Source: Patescibacteria group bacterium
GTDB taxonomy: Bacteria > Patescibacteriota > Microgenomatia > 2-02-FULL-39-11
Assembly (NCBI GenBank): GCA_023379265.1
Contig: JAMCUI010000009.1
Location: 167,802-231,801 of the forward strand
Direction of reading: 5' to 3'
DNA length: 64,000 nucleotides
A model generated the notes under the pieces. It saw only the letters and a program-made list of their open reading frames with translations. It was not told where the DNA came from and searched no databases. A program made the position numbers and the translations under genes. Shown here one piece after another: positions 47,868 through 57,207 of this stretch; position 1 is the first letter of the stretch; every line of letters begins with the position of its first letter.

Positions 47868-49085
47868 ATGAGGAAATTCTGGTTACCAATACTTCTTTGT
47901 CTTCCCCTTTTTCTTTTCCTGAATGTTAAAAGCTTAAAAGCTTCATCTTGTCCTCGAACAGATCCTTGTTCAATCAAGACTGATCCAAATGAAAGAGTAT
48001 CCTGTTATACGGACGTGGTTAATGCCTGTGCCAGCCAAAGGGAGAGTATGGCATCGCAAATAGTTTACCTGACAACAAGAATTGAATTAACCAACGCCAA
48101 AATTGCCGCAACACAAGATAATATCAATCAGTTGGAACAGCAGATAGCTGATTTAGATAGTAAAATCAGCCAATTAGAGAATTCGTTGACTACTATATCA
48201 TCCATGTTTATTGACCGGGTGGTGGCAACGTATAAATACGGTGGCTTTTCTTTCTTCAATCTACTTTTGGAAAGTAACCAATTTTCAGATTTCTTCAATA
48301 GGTATAAATATGTCCAGATAGTTCAAGCTCACGACAGAAGGCTTCTTTTTCAGTTGCAAAACAGCAAGATAAACTATCAGGATCAAAAACAGTTGCGGGA
48401 GGAAAAAAAGGTGGAATTGAACAGGGCTCAGGCCACATTACAGGCAGAACAGGCGACATTAGCGGTACAGAAAAAAGAAAAGGAACTTTTCCTTGAGACA
48501 ACCCAAAACAACGAAAATATCTATAGAAGTGAACTTGAAGCTGCACAGAAGGAGGCTGAAAGCATCCAACAGGCAGCCTCAATACTGTCCCAAGCAGGCG
48601 TACCCAGGCATGTTTCCAAGGGAGATGTGATAGGTATAATGGGTAATACCGGTTTTTCTACGGGTCCGCATCTTCATTTTGCTGTGTATAATCTGAACGA
48701 GGCAGATTTGAATAAATTCAATTTTGAGAGCGGGTACGAAAACCCCTTTAACGATCTTGTTTCCAGACCGCTTATATTTGAGCCAAATTCCTGTGATGAC
48801 GTGTCGGCAACTGGCAGAATTGTAAAGACCATAGGCAGCGGGTTATGGGATTGGCCTCTAAGCGACCCAATCATATCACAATGTTTTGGACATACACCTT
48901 ATTCGTGGAGATACCAATCGGGCATTCATAGCGGAGTGGATATGTATGATGACTCAGATACGCTCATAAGGGCAGTGGATTCGGGAGACGCATATTATTA
49001 TCACGGGGGCCAGACTGCCGGAAACGGAGTATTTATATTCCATCCAAATGGAAAAATGACATTATACTGGCATTTAGCCAATTGA
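47868..49085 (+). CDS. EnvC-like coiled-coil M23 (LytM) peptidase with a circularly permuted catalytic motif order
   Basis: Signal peptide and ~200-aa coiled-coil. GNTGFSTGPHLHFAVY (HxH block) lies ~100 aa before GIHSGVDM (HxxxD block) and the terminal FHPNGKMTLYWHLAN. This order is reversed relative to canonical M23. Confidence 0.8.
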   Translation: MRKFWLPILLCLPLFLFLNVKSLKASSCPRTDPCSIKTDPNERVSCYTDVVNACASQRESMASQIVYLTTRIELTNAKIAATQDNINQLEQQIADLDSKISQLENSLTTISSMFIDRVVATYKYGGFSFFNLLLESNQFSDFFNRYKYVQIVQAHDRRLLFQLQNSKINYQDQKQLREEKKVELNRAQATLQAEQATLAVQKKEKELFLETTQNNENIYRSELEAAQKEAESIQQAASILSQAGVPRHVSKGDVIGIMGNTGFSTGPHLHFAVYNLNEADLNKFNFESGYENPFNDLVSRPLIFEPNSCDDVSATGRIVKTIGSGLWDWPLSDPIISQCFGHTPYSWRYQSGIHSGVDMYDDSDTLIRAVDSGDAYYYHGGQTAGNGVFIFHPNGKMTLYWHLAN

Positions 49086-49975
49086 TAGATGGTGGCGGCA
49101 TGTTTATTTTCAGGGTAATAATTTCTTTACTGTTTGTTTTTTCTGCCTGCCTTTTTTTGACGGGATGCAAAGTAATTTCTGCTAATATCATTATAGATAA
49201 CTACGGCGATTCGGAAATTGAAGGGTATGAAGATGAATATGAAGTAGGAGTCAGAATAGATGTCAATTCGGCAGATGGTACTAAGTACTACTTAAGAGGT
49301 GTATTTTTCGAGCCGGATACTAGCCGGTACTGCGGTTACACCTGGAATGGTTCAGGTTGGTACAACGGTCCGTATACATCAGAGGAGGGTTGGACAAAAC
49401 TGATGACAGTTACTATATCGTCTTCATCAGCCGCGGTCAATCTGAAAGCCAAACTTGACCGGGATGACTCCCGCTGCCAAAGGAATGGGGTCTATAATTT
49501 TAAGATCCAGCGGTATACCCAATCTGGTTCATCCAGTTTTGACAACCAGAACATGCTTTCCATAAATGTTAAAATTCCTCCTTCAGCCGTGCCGCCAAGT
49601 ATTACCCCAACCAATGTCAAACCTTCAGTTACAAAGTCTATCCTCCGGCCGACAAATACTCCTTTGCCAAAGGCTACCGAAAGATCTATTCTTCCCACTT
49701 CGGAAATATTCAATAAAGATAGGGAGGTCTTATCCTTGGAAAATGAGGTCGTGGTTGAGACAGGTGATTTTACAAGCGCCTTATCGACATTGTCTTCAGG
49801 TTTTGTTTCTACCCAAAGCGGAAAAGAGGTCTCTGTAAGCGGTAAGATCGAGAAAATAAATGGTCTAAAGTCGGATGTAAATTTCCCCGCAATCTTTCTG
49901 GCCATTGGCGGACTTTTTATGGGAAGTGCGGCATTTGTAAGTCTGAAGAAAATTAAAAAACCGCAAGGGGAATAA
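49082..49975 (+). CDS. lipoprotein with C-terminal membrane anchor
   Basis: Lipobox LFLTGC, an Ser/Thr/Pro-rich middle region, and a C-terminal hydrophobic helix plus KKIKKPQGE. Confidence 0.5.
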   Translation: MIDGGGMFIFRVIISLLFVFSACLFLTGCKVISANIIIDNYGDSEIEGYEDEYEVGVRIDVNSADGTKYYLRGVFFEPDTSRYCGYTWNGSGWYNGPYTSEEGWTKLMTVTISSSSAAVNLKAKLDRDDSRCQRNGVYNFKIQRYTQSGSSSFDNQNMLSINVKIPPSAVPPSITPTNVKPSVTKSILRPTNTPLPKATERSILPTSEIFNKDREVLSLENEVVVETGDFTSALSTLSSGFVSTQSGKEVSVSGKIEKINGLKSDVNFPAIFLAIGGLFMGSAAFVSLKKIKKPQGE

Positions 49976-50455
49976 TCAAATCATTTTCCTCAGGAATTTC
50001 TTAAAAGGCATATAGCCATAAGACTCCCAGGCCCTTTTACCGATCGGATTTTTTTCCTCGACATAGAGTTCAACATACCGGACATTTTTTTCCTTAAACC
50101 ATGCGTTTGCCATATTTTCTAAGGATTTGCCTACACCTTTTTTCCTGTATGCTGGGTTGATGATAAGGTATGAGATGTGTCCGACATTCTTTGTCTTAAA
50201 CCATGGATAAAGAGCTTTCATAAAGCCAGAGATGAAACCGGAAATGACCGGTTGTCCTCCATTTTCTTCTTCCGATACAAATATGAATTGGTAAGGGGTA
50301 CTAAGTTGCTGGTGTACCCACTGGGCAAACTGGACATCAAAGTCAGGCTCCAGTTGGTAATAGTCAAAGTCAAATACAGTGTGTAGTTCCAGAAGCTGGC
50401 GGCCCAGTTTGACTATGTGGGGAGTATCCTCGGCAGTTGCGGGGCGTATACGCAT
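49976..50455 (-). CDS. GNAT family N-acetyltransferase
   Basis: YLIINPAYRKKGVGKSL acetyl-CoA binding motif. 159 aa. Confidence 0.75.
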   Translation of the reverse strand: MRIRPATAEDTPHIVKLGRQLLELHTVFDFDYYQLEPDFDVQFAQWVHQQLSTPYQFIFVSEEENGGQPVISGFISGFMKALYPWFKTKNVGHISYLIINPAYRKKGVGKSLENMANAWFKEKNVRYVELYVEEKNPIGKRAWESYGYMPFKKFLRKMI

Positions 50456-50563
50456 GATTTATGATTATACACTAATAATATATAAAAGAGTGGGATGTGA
50501 AAAAAGTGAAGTAATCAAAAATTTTGCGAAATATTCATATACAATAATGTTAATGATTAAATT

Positions 50564-50995
50564 ATGACTATACAGACAAATAGTGAAGAGGAGACAAGAA
50601 AACTGGCGGCAGAATTTACCACGACACTTTCCGGTGGAGAAGTGGTGTGTCTTTATGGAGATTTGGGCGCGGGTAAGACGGTCTTTGCTTCAAGTGTAAT
50701 CGATTATTTTCTTCCCAAACAACGAGTTCTCTCCCCTACTTTTATCATTGTGCGACATTATTATCCACAAAAAAGTCAAATAAAAGAGATCTTGCATATA
50801 GACCTATACCGGACAAACCATGAATCTGAGATAAAAGGATTGGGTTTGCCGGATATGTTAAAAAATAAAGATAAAGTCTATATTATCGAATGGGCCGACA
50901 GGCTGGGAGGACTTTTGCCCAAAAAAAGGATAGATATCCATATAGAGACAAAAGATGATAAAAGATTTTTTGAAATAAACGGATGGAAGAGATAA
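50564..50995 (+). CDS. tsaE: tRNA t6A37 biosynthesis ATPase TsaE (YjeE)
   Basis: P-loop LYGDLGAGKTVF, 143 aa, next to tsaC and tsaB. Confidence 0.75.
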   Translation: MTIQTNSEEETRKLAAEFTTTLSGGEVVCLYGDLGAGKTVFASSVIDYFLPKQRVLSPTFIIVRHYYPQKSQIKEILHIDLYRTNHESEIKGLGLPDMLKNKDKVYIIEWADRLGGLLPKKRIDIHIETKDDKRFFEINGWKR

Positions 50996-51588
50996 AAGAA
51001 GCAATAAAAATACTCCGGCAGGGCGGGATAGTAATCTATCCGACAGATACAGCTTATGGTATAGGTTGTAGGATAGATCTTCCTGATTCTGTTCAAAAAC
51101 TGTTTAAGCTGCGGAAGCGTCCGCTGACACAAGCAACACCGGTCCTTGTTGATAGCATCAGGATGGCTCAAGACTACCTTTTCTACCCTATCTCAGATAT
51201 TGTGCGACATATAATAAAAGATTATTGGCCGGGAGCGCTCACTATAGTCTTGCCTGGAAAAACTGATCTCATTCCCCCGCCGGTGCGGGGCAACGGGAAA
51301 AATATAGGCTTTAGAATACCGGATCACGAAATAGCGCTGAGACTCATTTCCGGAGTCGGGGTGCCTATACTGGGTCCTTCTGCCAATTTACACGGACAGG
51401 CTACTCCCTACCGCTTTGAAGATATTGATAAGTTATTGGTGAAAAAGGTTGATTATGTATTATTTGGGAAGTGCAAAGCGGGAAATGTTTCTACAGTCAT
51501 AGATTGTTCAGGCGAAAAATGGAAAATACTCAGGCAAGGTGCGGTTCGTATTAGCGAAAAATATGCAAAACGATATACTATATATTGA
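50983..51588 (+). CDS. tsaC: L-threonylcarbamoyladenylate synthase TsaC/YrdC
   Basis: GGIVIYPTDTAYGIGC YrdC fold signature. 201 aa. Confidence 0.8.
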   Translation: MEEIKEAIKILRQGGIVIYPTDTAYGIGCRIDLPDSVQKLFKLRKRPLTQATPVLVDSIRMAQDYLFYPISDIVRHIIKDYWPGALTIVLPGKTDLIPPPVRGNGKNIGFRIPDHEIALRLISGVGVPILGPSANLHGQATPYRFEDIDKLLVKKVDYVLFGKCKAGNVSTVIDCSGEKWKILRQGAVRISEKYAKRYTIY

Positions 51589-51883
51589 TACAAGCGATAA
51601 CAAAGAAACGGTTGTTGGCCTTCTGACAAAAGGCAAGAAATACCAAATTTCGAAAAAGACTGAGAATACATGGATTTCCCAATCTCTTTTGCCTCTCATA
51701 CGAAAGATTCTTACGTCACATCAAATGGCGTTTTCGGATATAAATGGGATTGAAGTTGTCCGTGGTCCGGGTTCATTTACCGGACTTAGAGTGGGTGTTG
51801 CTGTAGCCAATGCTCTGGGCAAATTGTTGGATATACCGGTCAATGGGAGTAAAGATTTTCAAGCAGAGCCGGTTTACGAGTGA
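51539..51883 (+). CDS. tsaB: TsaB (YeaZ)-like N-terminal domain protein, short form
   Basis: ILYIDTSDNKETVVGL...VVRGPGSFTGLRVGVAVANALG. Only 114 aa against ~230 usual. It overlaps tsaC in another frame. Confidence 0.6.
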   Translation: MRFVLAKNMQNDILYIDTSDNKETVVGLLTKGKKYQISKKTENTWISQSLLPLIRKILTSHQMAFSDINGIEVVRGPGSFTGLRVGVAVANALGKLLDIPVNGSKDFQAEPVYE

Positions 51884-51947
51884 CAATCAGGTTATAACTT
51901 CAAATCAGTTTGACAAGAGTTTTGTGAGGTAGTACGCTTTAGAAAGC

Positions 51948-53387
51948 ATGAGGAAACTGCCCCTATTCCTTTTTGCCTTTTTGTACTGTTTATTGGTTTT
52001 TCTTTTTTTTCCGGCAAAACTGACAGCTTTGGAATTGCCATCTCCTCCCAATCTGCACGGACAGACTGATTCTGTAATCATCAAATATAAAAGGAATTTA
52101 TCTTTAGACGAGAGGCTTTCTGTCCACCGACTTATTAGAGTCCAAAGTATAAAAGGGAATATAGCCAGGCTTGGCGCCGAAGCGGTCAGGTTATCATCCG
52201 GTCAGACGCCGGAAAAAGCAATTGGATTATTGGACAAAGATCCCAGAGTCGCTTATGCAGAGCCAGATTATAAGGTTTATACAGCTGAGGATACCAATGA
52301 TCCGGGGATTTTGCAGGGACTGCAGTGGGGGATGTATAAAATAAATGCCGCTGGAACGGGTATAAGCGCCTGGAATCTGGCAAAAAGTAGCCCTTCAGTG
52401 GAAATTGCCATAGTGGATACGGGTATCGATCAAAGCAATGAAGACCTGAAGGGAAAGATTGTCGCCAATCACAATTGCACTGACAGTCCTACAGCGGATG
52501 ACCTTTTCGGACACGGAACGCATGTGGCAGGAATCGCTGCTTCCGAAACAAACAATGGCGTGGGCGTTGCGGGAGTTGGTTACAAGGCCTCTCTTATAAA
52601 CGCCAAAGCTCTAGGAGATGATGGTTCAGGCTATTATTCGTGGTTGGCAAATTGCATCATCTGGTCTGCCGACAACGGAGCCAATGTGATAAATATGAGC
52701 CTGGGTGGGCCCTATTCTTCCCAGACTCTTGAGGATGCGGTAAATTATGCCTGGAATAAAGGGGTAGTAATTGTAGCTGCAGCGGGGAACAGTAATTCTC
52801 CTTATCCTTTCTATCCGGCATATTATTCCCATGTGATTGCTGTAGCTGCTACAGATATAAACGATTACCGTGCCTCTTTTTCCAATTATGGCCGTTGGAT
52901 AGCAGTAGCTGCGCCAGGAGTATCCATATATTCGACTCTTCCGGACCATCCCAATGCCATAGGTGTGGAAAATTATGGATATCTATCGGGCACTTCCATG
53001 GCTTCTCCCCATGTAGCCGGACTGGCAGGGCTTCTTTTCGGCATAAACGGTATGACTAATACACAGGCTGTAAACGATATTGAAAACGGTGCAGACTATA
53101 TACCCGGTACGGGATTTTATTGGCAATATGGCCGTATTGACGCCTTGGCCAGTGTACAAGAAGCATTAAACAATCAGATTTCTGTGCCAACTGTTACGCC
53201 TATTCCTACAGCTACTCCTACTCTTAAACCTTCTCCTACTCCGACACTGACTCCGACTCCAAAGCCGACTTCTACGCCTGTGCCTACTCCGACCTCTCCA
53301 TCCGGTGTTACACCGACGCCTACACCCTATAATCCTTTTGCGCGTTGGTGCGCCAGATTTCCCATCTTTTGCAACGGAAAATTCTGA
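51948..53387 (+). CDS. secreted subtilisin-like serine protease (S8) with Pro/Thr-rich C-terminal linker
   Basis: Signal peptide, catalytic triad in IVDTGID (Asp) / HGTHVAGIAA (His) / GTSMASPHVAG (Ser), and PTxTPxP repeats near the C-terminus. Confidence 0.85.
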   Translation: MRKLPLFLFAFLYCLLVFLFFPAKLTALELPSPPNLHGQTDSVIIKYKRNLSLDERLSVHRLIRVQSIKGNIARLGAEAVRLSSGQTPEKAIGLLDKDPRVAYAEPDYKVYTAEDTNDPGILQGLQWGMYKINAAGTGISAWNLAKSSPSVEIAIVDTGIDQSNEDLKGKIVANHNCTDSPTADDLFGHGTHVAGIAASETNNGVGVAGVGYKASLINAKALGDDGSGYYSWLANCIIWSADNGANVINMSLGGPYSSQTLEDAVNYAWNKGVVIVAAAGNSNSPYPFYPAYYSHVIAVAATDINDYRASFSNYGRWIAVAAPGVSIYSTLPDHPNAIGVENYGYLSGTSMASPHVAGLAGLLFGINGMTNTQAVNDIENGADYIPGTGFYWQYGRIDALASVQEALNNQISVPTVTPIPTATPTLKPSPTPTLTPTPKPTSTPVPTPTSPSGVTPTPTPYNPFARWCARFPIFCNGKF

Positions 53388-53446
53388 ACTTATATTTTAT
53401 TTGAAAAATAGTATATCAGGCTCCTTATTACGCAGAGCACAAGATT

Positions 53447-54946
53447 TTAACGGATTGGGCCAAATGTCTGTTTTATATCATTTCGAACAAATATTCCGGC
53501 GTACATATCCTGGAAAACTATTTTCCAGCGGCCCTCATTCACAAGTTTGAGCATCTGCTTATATATAGGTTTGGTTGGTGGCATATAGACTTCGTCATAT
53601 TCGGAAGCGTCCACGCTTGCCATATTCTGCTCCAGCGGGTAATAGTGTGCAAAGGCGCTGTAGCCGTGGTCATCTTTCCAGAAAGGCATGCGTCCGTCCA
53701 TTGACGGTTTTATATTGGGGTAATTCCAGATGAGCCATCCTCCCCAGTTGTAAAAAGTCAGCAGTTTTCCGGCGGGTTTGTGTTCCACAAGATATTGGGC
53801 CGACTTGGGTGAGCAGAATATATATACATTGCAGTAAAAATCCCAAGACATGGATCTTAAGAGCACCGACTGGTTGTGAATAAATATGGAATAAAAGTAA
53901 TAAGCAGCCAAAAGGAATGTAGCAAAGATTGCCGATATTTTTTTGTTTGGCGGTTCTATGGCTTTGACAAAAACAGCGACTACAGGGATGGAGATAAGAA
54001 ACATCGGCCAGGAGTATCTCCTCATCCAGAATGAAAATACAAAAAGTAGAATCATGAGGCAGATATAAGGTAAGAGTTTTTTCACCTGTCTCTTTTTGGC
54101 AATTACAATAAGGCTTATAGCAATCAGTATTCCCCAATAGACAAGGCGCCACCAGAGGGTCGAACCAGGATCAAAAGGAGTCCACTCGACAATATATTTT
54201 TGCAGAGGATTGTCAAAATGGTGTGTCGCTTCCAGGTAGACGCGCCAGGTGAAGGGATTGACGAAAGTTGCGGCAAAGGATAGGAAAAAAGCGGAAACAA
54301 GTATTCTCCACTCATGGAAATCAGTCTTTATCCTTAACCGGTATTTATCATAAAGAAGACGCAAAGTATATATCCCTATCCAGCCGGCAAAAACTCCCAG
54401 CCCTAGTATGAATTCCCCATGGAGGTTGCTCCAGACAAGAAACATGGGGATTATGCCAAAAAGCCATTTGTACTTTTTTTCTTGAAATTTGGAGATGAAA
54501 AAGTATACCAGTCCTATAAAGCCCAGAGTCATCAGCTGTGAGCGGAAAGAGATGATAGTAAGCGGTTCCTCTAGGAATAAAAGGATGGGAAAAAGTACTG
54601 CCTGTTGCCAAAAATTCAGCTTTGCCGCCTTTGCAAAAAAATACATAGTTGCGACTACTACCAGAGCCCCCAGGACGCTCAATCCGAAAAAGCCGAAATG
54701 GTGGTATGTAAAATAGGTGATGGCGTCAGTCCCCCATGAGTGGTTGACCCAGTCGTAATTTACCATCTCCGATGAGAAAAGATTTTTGGTCAATATGGCA
54801 TGGTGCTGGAAAAAGTACTGTCCGTACCGCAGGTGCCATCCCAGGTCCGAGTCGGCCGGGTTGTAAAGTGACGCCACAAAGACGACAACCAGTGGGAACA
54901 GTCCGACGAAATATAAGGTAAAAAGTTGTTTTACCCAGTTTTTCAT
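53447..54946 (-). CDS. polytopic membrane protein, GT-C-like (tentative)
   Basis: About 12 TM helices. First loop NPADSDLGWHLRYG. No soluble domain. Confidence 0.5.
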   Translation of the reverse strand: MKNWVKQLFTLYFVGLFPLVVVFVASLYNPADSDLGWHLRYGQYFFQHHAILTKNLFSSEMVNYDWVNHSWGTDAITYFTYHHFGFFGLSVLGALVVVATMYFFAKAAKLNFWQQAVLFPILLFLEEPLTIISFRSQLMTLGFIGLVYFFISKFQEKKYKWLFGIIPMFLVWSNLHGEFILGLGVFAGWIGIYTLRLLYDKYRLRIKTDFHEWRILVSAFFLSFAATFVNPFTWRVYLEATHHFDNPLQKYIVEWTPFDPGSTLWWRLVYWGILIAISLIVIAKKRQVKKLLPYICLMILLFVFSFWMRRYSWPMFLISIPVVAVFVKAIEPPNKKISAIFATFLLAAYYFYSIFIHNQSVLLRSMSWDFYCNVYIFCSPKSAQYLVEHKPAGKLLTFYNWGGWLIWNYPNIKPSMDGRMPFWKDDHGYSAFAHYYPLEQNMASVDASEYDEVYMPPTKPIYKQMLKLVNEGRWKIVFQDMYAGIFVRNDIKQTFGPIR

Positions 54947-55368
54947 ATCAATATGAGTAATAGAGTATATACCCTTCTTACTGTATTTTGAAACTTTTTC
55001 GCAAGAAAAATGTTACTAAATCAGTCTAGAAGGGTATATGCTGATTGCAATTTCAAGTGCAAGAAGTATAACACAACTTTTCAATAAAATCGGATGCAGC
55101 TCTCCGTTTTATACCTTTGGGAAGGTCCGCAGAAGATTATACGGAACAAAATATAAATAAAAAGAACACGCTGTATACCACCGGAAAATTGATATACTTT
55201 TTCATATTTTTCTCTATTATTTCACAGTTGACATTCATTTTTTTTACATTATGATTGGGGACGGTTTATTTCTTACCGACCGCCAGCGGAGGTAAACTTT
55301 CCCAAAATAAAGATGCGCTTGCCCGCCTCCAATCAAAACGTAAGTATTGTACAAAAAGCATATTTTAG

Positions 55369-55395
55369 CCACTCCTTTTGGAGTGGTATTTTTTT
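55369..55395 (+). terminator. terminator-like hairpin in the 5' leader of the TasA-like gene (CCACTCC-TTTT-GGAGTGG + TATTTTTTT)
   Basis: 7-bp stem, 4-nt loop, 9-nt T-rich tract. It lies 24 nt upstream of the start codon with no upstream plus-strand gene to terminate, so it is a possible attenuator. Confidence 0.45.
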
Positions 55396-55418
55396 GCGGG
55401 AAGGGGGTGAAAAAAATA

Positions 55419-55955
55419 ATGAGCAGGAAAATCGTAATTAGCGGACTTTCCATACTAGCTTCTCTGGCGCTTTTAGGAGTTGGAGTTTATGCTGCGTTAG
55501 TATCTACAGCAACAGCAACAAGTAATACATTTTCATCGACAAATCCAAGCCTATTAATCTCAACTAATAATACTACCTTTAATACCACAGTCGGAGGTGT
55601 TACCGAATCAGGTATTATTCCAGGTGGAACACCTGTTGTACACGATTTTTGGCTACAAAATACAGATACAGATCCTGGTGCAACGATGAATCTAACAGCA
55701 ACAATAAATGTGACAGGTGGAAGTGGCGGATCTTATAATGATAATTTATCACTAACTTACACTTGTGGTTCAACTACAGCTGGACCATTCTCAATTACTG
55801 CATGGAATGGGCATGTCCCCCAAAGTTTGGGAACTTTAGCACCAGGTGGTGTTGTCCATTGTACCTTGTCAACTAGTTTACCAAGCGGAGATTCTGTAGA
55901 TGCAGGGAAATCAGTAATATTTGATACGTCATTTGACGGATCAGTCGGTTCTTAA
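55419..55955 (+). CDS. TasA/camelysin-like secreted protein with SipW-cognate signal peptide
   Basis: MSRKIVISGLSILASLALLGVGVYAALVSTATATSNTFSS matches the SipW-cognate class signal (TIGR04088-like ...GTxAxFSD). The mature part is Thr/Ser/Gly-rich and beta-type. Internal ATG preferred over the longer track ORF. Confidence 0.55.
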   Translation: MSRKIVISGLSILASLALLGVGVYAALVSTATATSNTFSSTNPSLLISTNNTTFNTTVGGVTESGIIPGGTPVVHDFWLQNTDTDPGATMNLTATINVTGGSGGSYNDNLSLTYTCGSTTAGPFSITAWNGHVPQSLGTLAPGGVVHCTLSTSLPSGDSVDAGKSVIFDTSFDGSVGS

Positions 55956-56013
55956 AAAATCTTAATTCCTAATAGTGTAGGGCTGCACGGGCAACTTACA
56001 CTGTTAGGAATAG

Positions 56014-56559
56014 GTGTTGATTATGAAATATTTGAAAAAGATAGTCAAAGTTATATTGTCCATATTTACATTTATTGCAATTCCAGTAATCCTTTTTGTA
56101 TTAATCACCTCTCACTTTTCCGTATTTGGCGGAATTCGGTCATTTGACGTACTCACCGGCAGCATGGAACCTACTATACACGTAGGTAGCATGATTTTTA
56201 CAAGACCTGTATCAACGTATAAAGTCGGAGATATCATCACTTTCAAACGGGGAGACATCTCTGTGACACATAGAATTCATGCGTTGAAGAACGGGCAGTA
56301 TCAGACTAAAGGTGATGCCAATATTTCACCTGATCCGCAGTTAGTCTCCTCATTCCAGATTATAGGAAAGGATATTTATATCTTTCCCAATGTTGGTAAA
56401 TTAACCAACTTTATAAAGTCTTTTCCCGGGTTTATAAGTTTAATTGTAGTTCCTATCCTTTTATTTGTCGGATTTGAATTAAATACTATCAAGGAGGAAT
56501 ATAAGAAAGTTATAAGAAAAGATATTCTGGAAGAGATGAATGCGTATAGAAAAGTATGA
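56014..56559 (+). CDS. sipW: signal peptidase I, archaeal/ER type (SipW)
   Basis: N-terminal TM, VLTGSMEPTI (SMEP catalytic Ser box), VTHRIHAL (His), GDAN, and a C-terminal TM. 181 aa. Confidence 0.75.
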   Translation: MLIMKYLKKIVKVILSIFTFIAIPVILFVLITSHFSVFGGIRSFDVLTGSMEPTIHVGSMIFTRPVSTYKVGDIITFKRGDISVTHRIHALKNGQYQTKGDANISPDPQLVSSFQIIGKDIYIFPNVGKLTNFIKSFPGFISLIVVPILLFVGFELNTIKEEYKKVIRKDILEEMNAYRKV

Positions 56560-57137
56560 AAAAGAATATATTTCTATTTACCGTATTGATGATCGAGTGT
56601 ACTTTTTATTTTGTACCCGGTACATTTTCTCAATTTACCGCACAAGCCAAAATGATAGGTAATACCTTTTCTACGGCAGTCAGTTTTGTGACACCAACCC
56701 CTACTCCTTCCGTCACTCCTACCCAAACCCAGACACCAACTCCTATTCCAACACCATCTTCGTTGCCAAATCTTCCTCCCGGTTGCAGATATGTATGGAC
56801 GACAATCACACCATCTCCTACTGTTTCACCGAGTGAAACACAATCTATACGGGATCTGCACTCTCTTCAAACTCTGCAGCAATTACCTACATTACCACCT
56901 TTACCAACGCTTAAGCCATTGCCCACATTACAACCGCTGCCTATAATTGTATGTGATTTTGCACCTTTACCAACTTTACCACCTTTATCACCCCTTCCAA
57001 CCTTACAATCATTACCTACGTTACCACCTATTGAGTCGCCGACTCTAACTCCCACAAAAATACCTACACCATCCATAAGTCCAACGAATACTCCAACACC
57101 CACGATTTCGACTCCAACACCTACACCTTCCGTGTGA
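56556..57137 (+). CDS. SipW-cognate-signal secreted protein with Pro/Thr/Leu-rich repeats
   Basis: N-terminus FVPGTFSQFTAQAKMIGNTFSTA (SipW-cognate motif) followed by TPTPT and LPTLPPLPTLKPLPTLQP repeats. Confidence 0.5.
   Translation: MKKNIFLFTVLMIECTFYFVPGTFSQFTAQAKMIGNTFSTAVSFVTPTPTPSVTPTQTQTPTPIPTPSSLPNLPPGCRYVWTTITPSPTVSPSETQSIRDLHSLQTLQQLPTLPPLPTLKPLPTLQPLPIIVCDFAPLPTLPPLSPLPTLQSLPTLPPIESPTLTPTKIPTPSISPTNTPTPTISTPTPTPSV
56874..57040 (+). repeat. degenerate tandem repeats encoding LPTLxP units
   Basis: ttaccNacNttaccNcct-type ~18-bp units repeated about 8 times. Confidence 0.5.
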
Positions 57138-57207
57138 TATTTATCACGTTTGTGTTTGCGTATGATAAGTTACTGACATTTATTTTTATTTTGTGTAAAT
57201 TGGTGAA

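Noticed and set aside
53305-53550. 81-aa plus-strand ORF overlapping the subtilase 3' end and the start of the minus-strand membrane-protein gene
   Set aside because: It is a frame-shifted overlap of two supported genes and has no motif.
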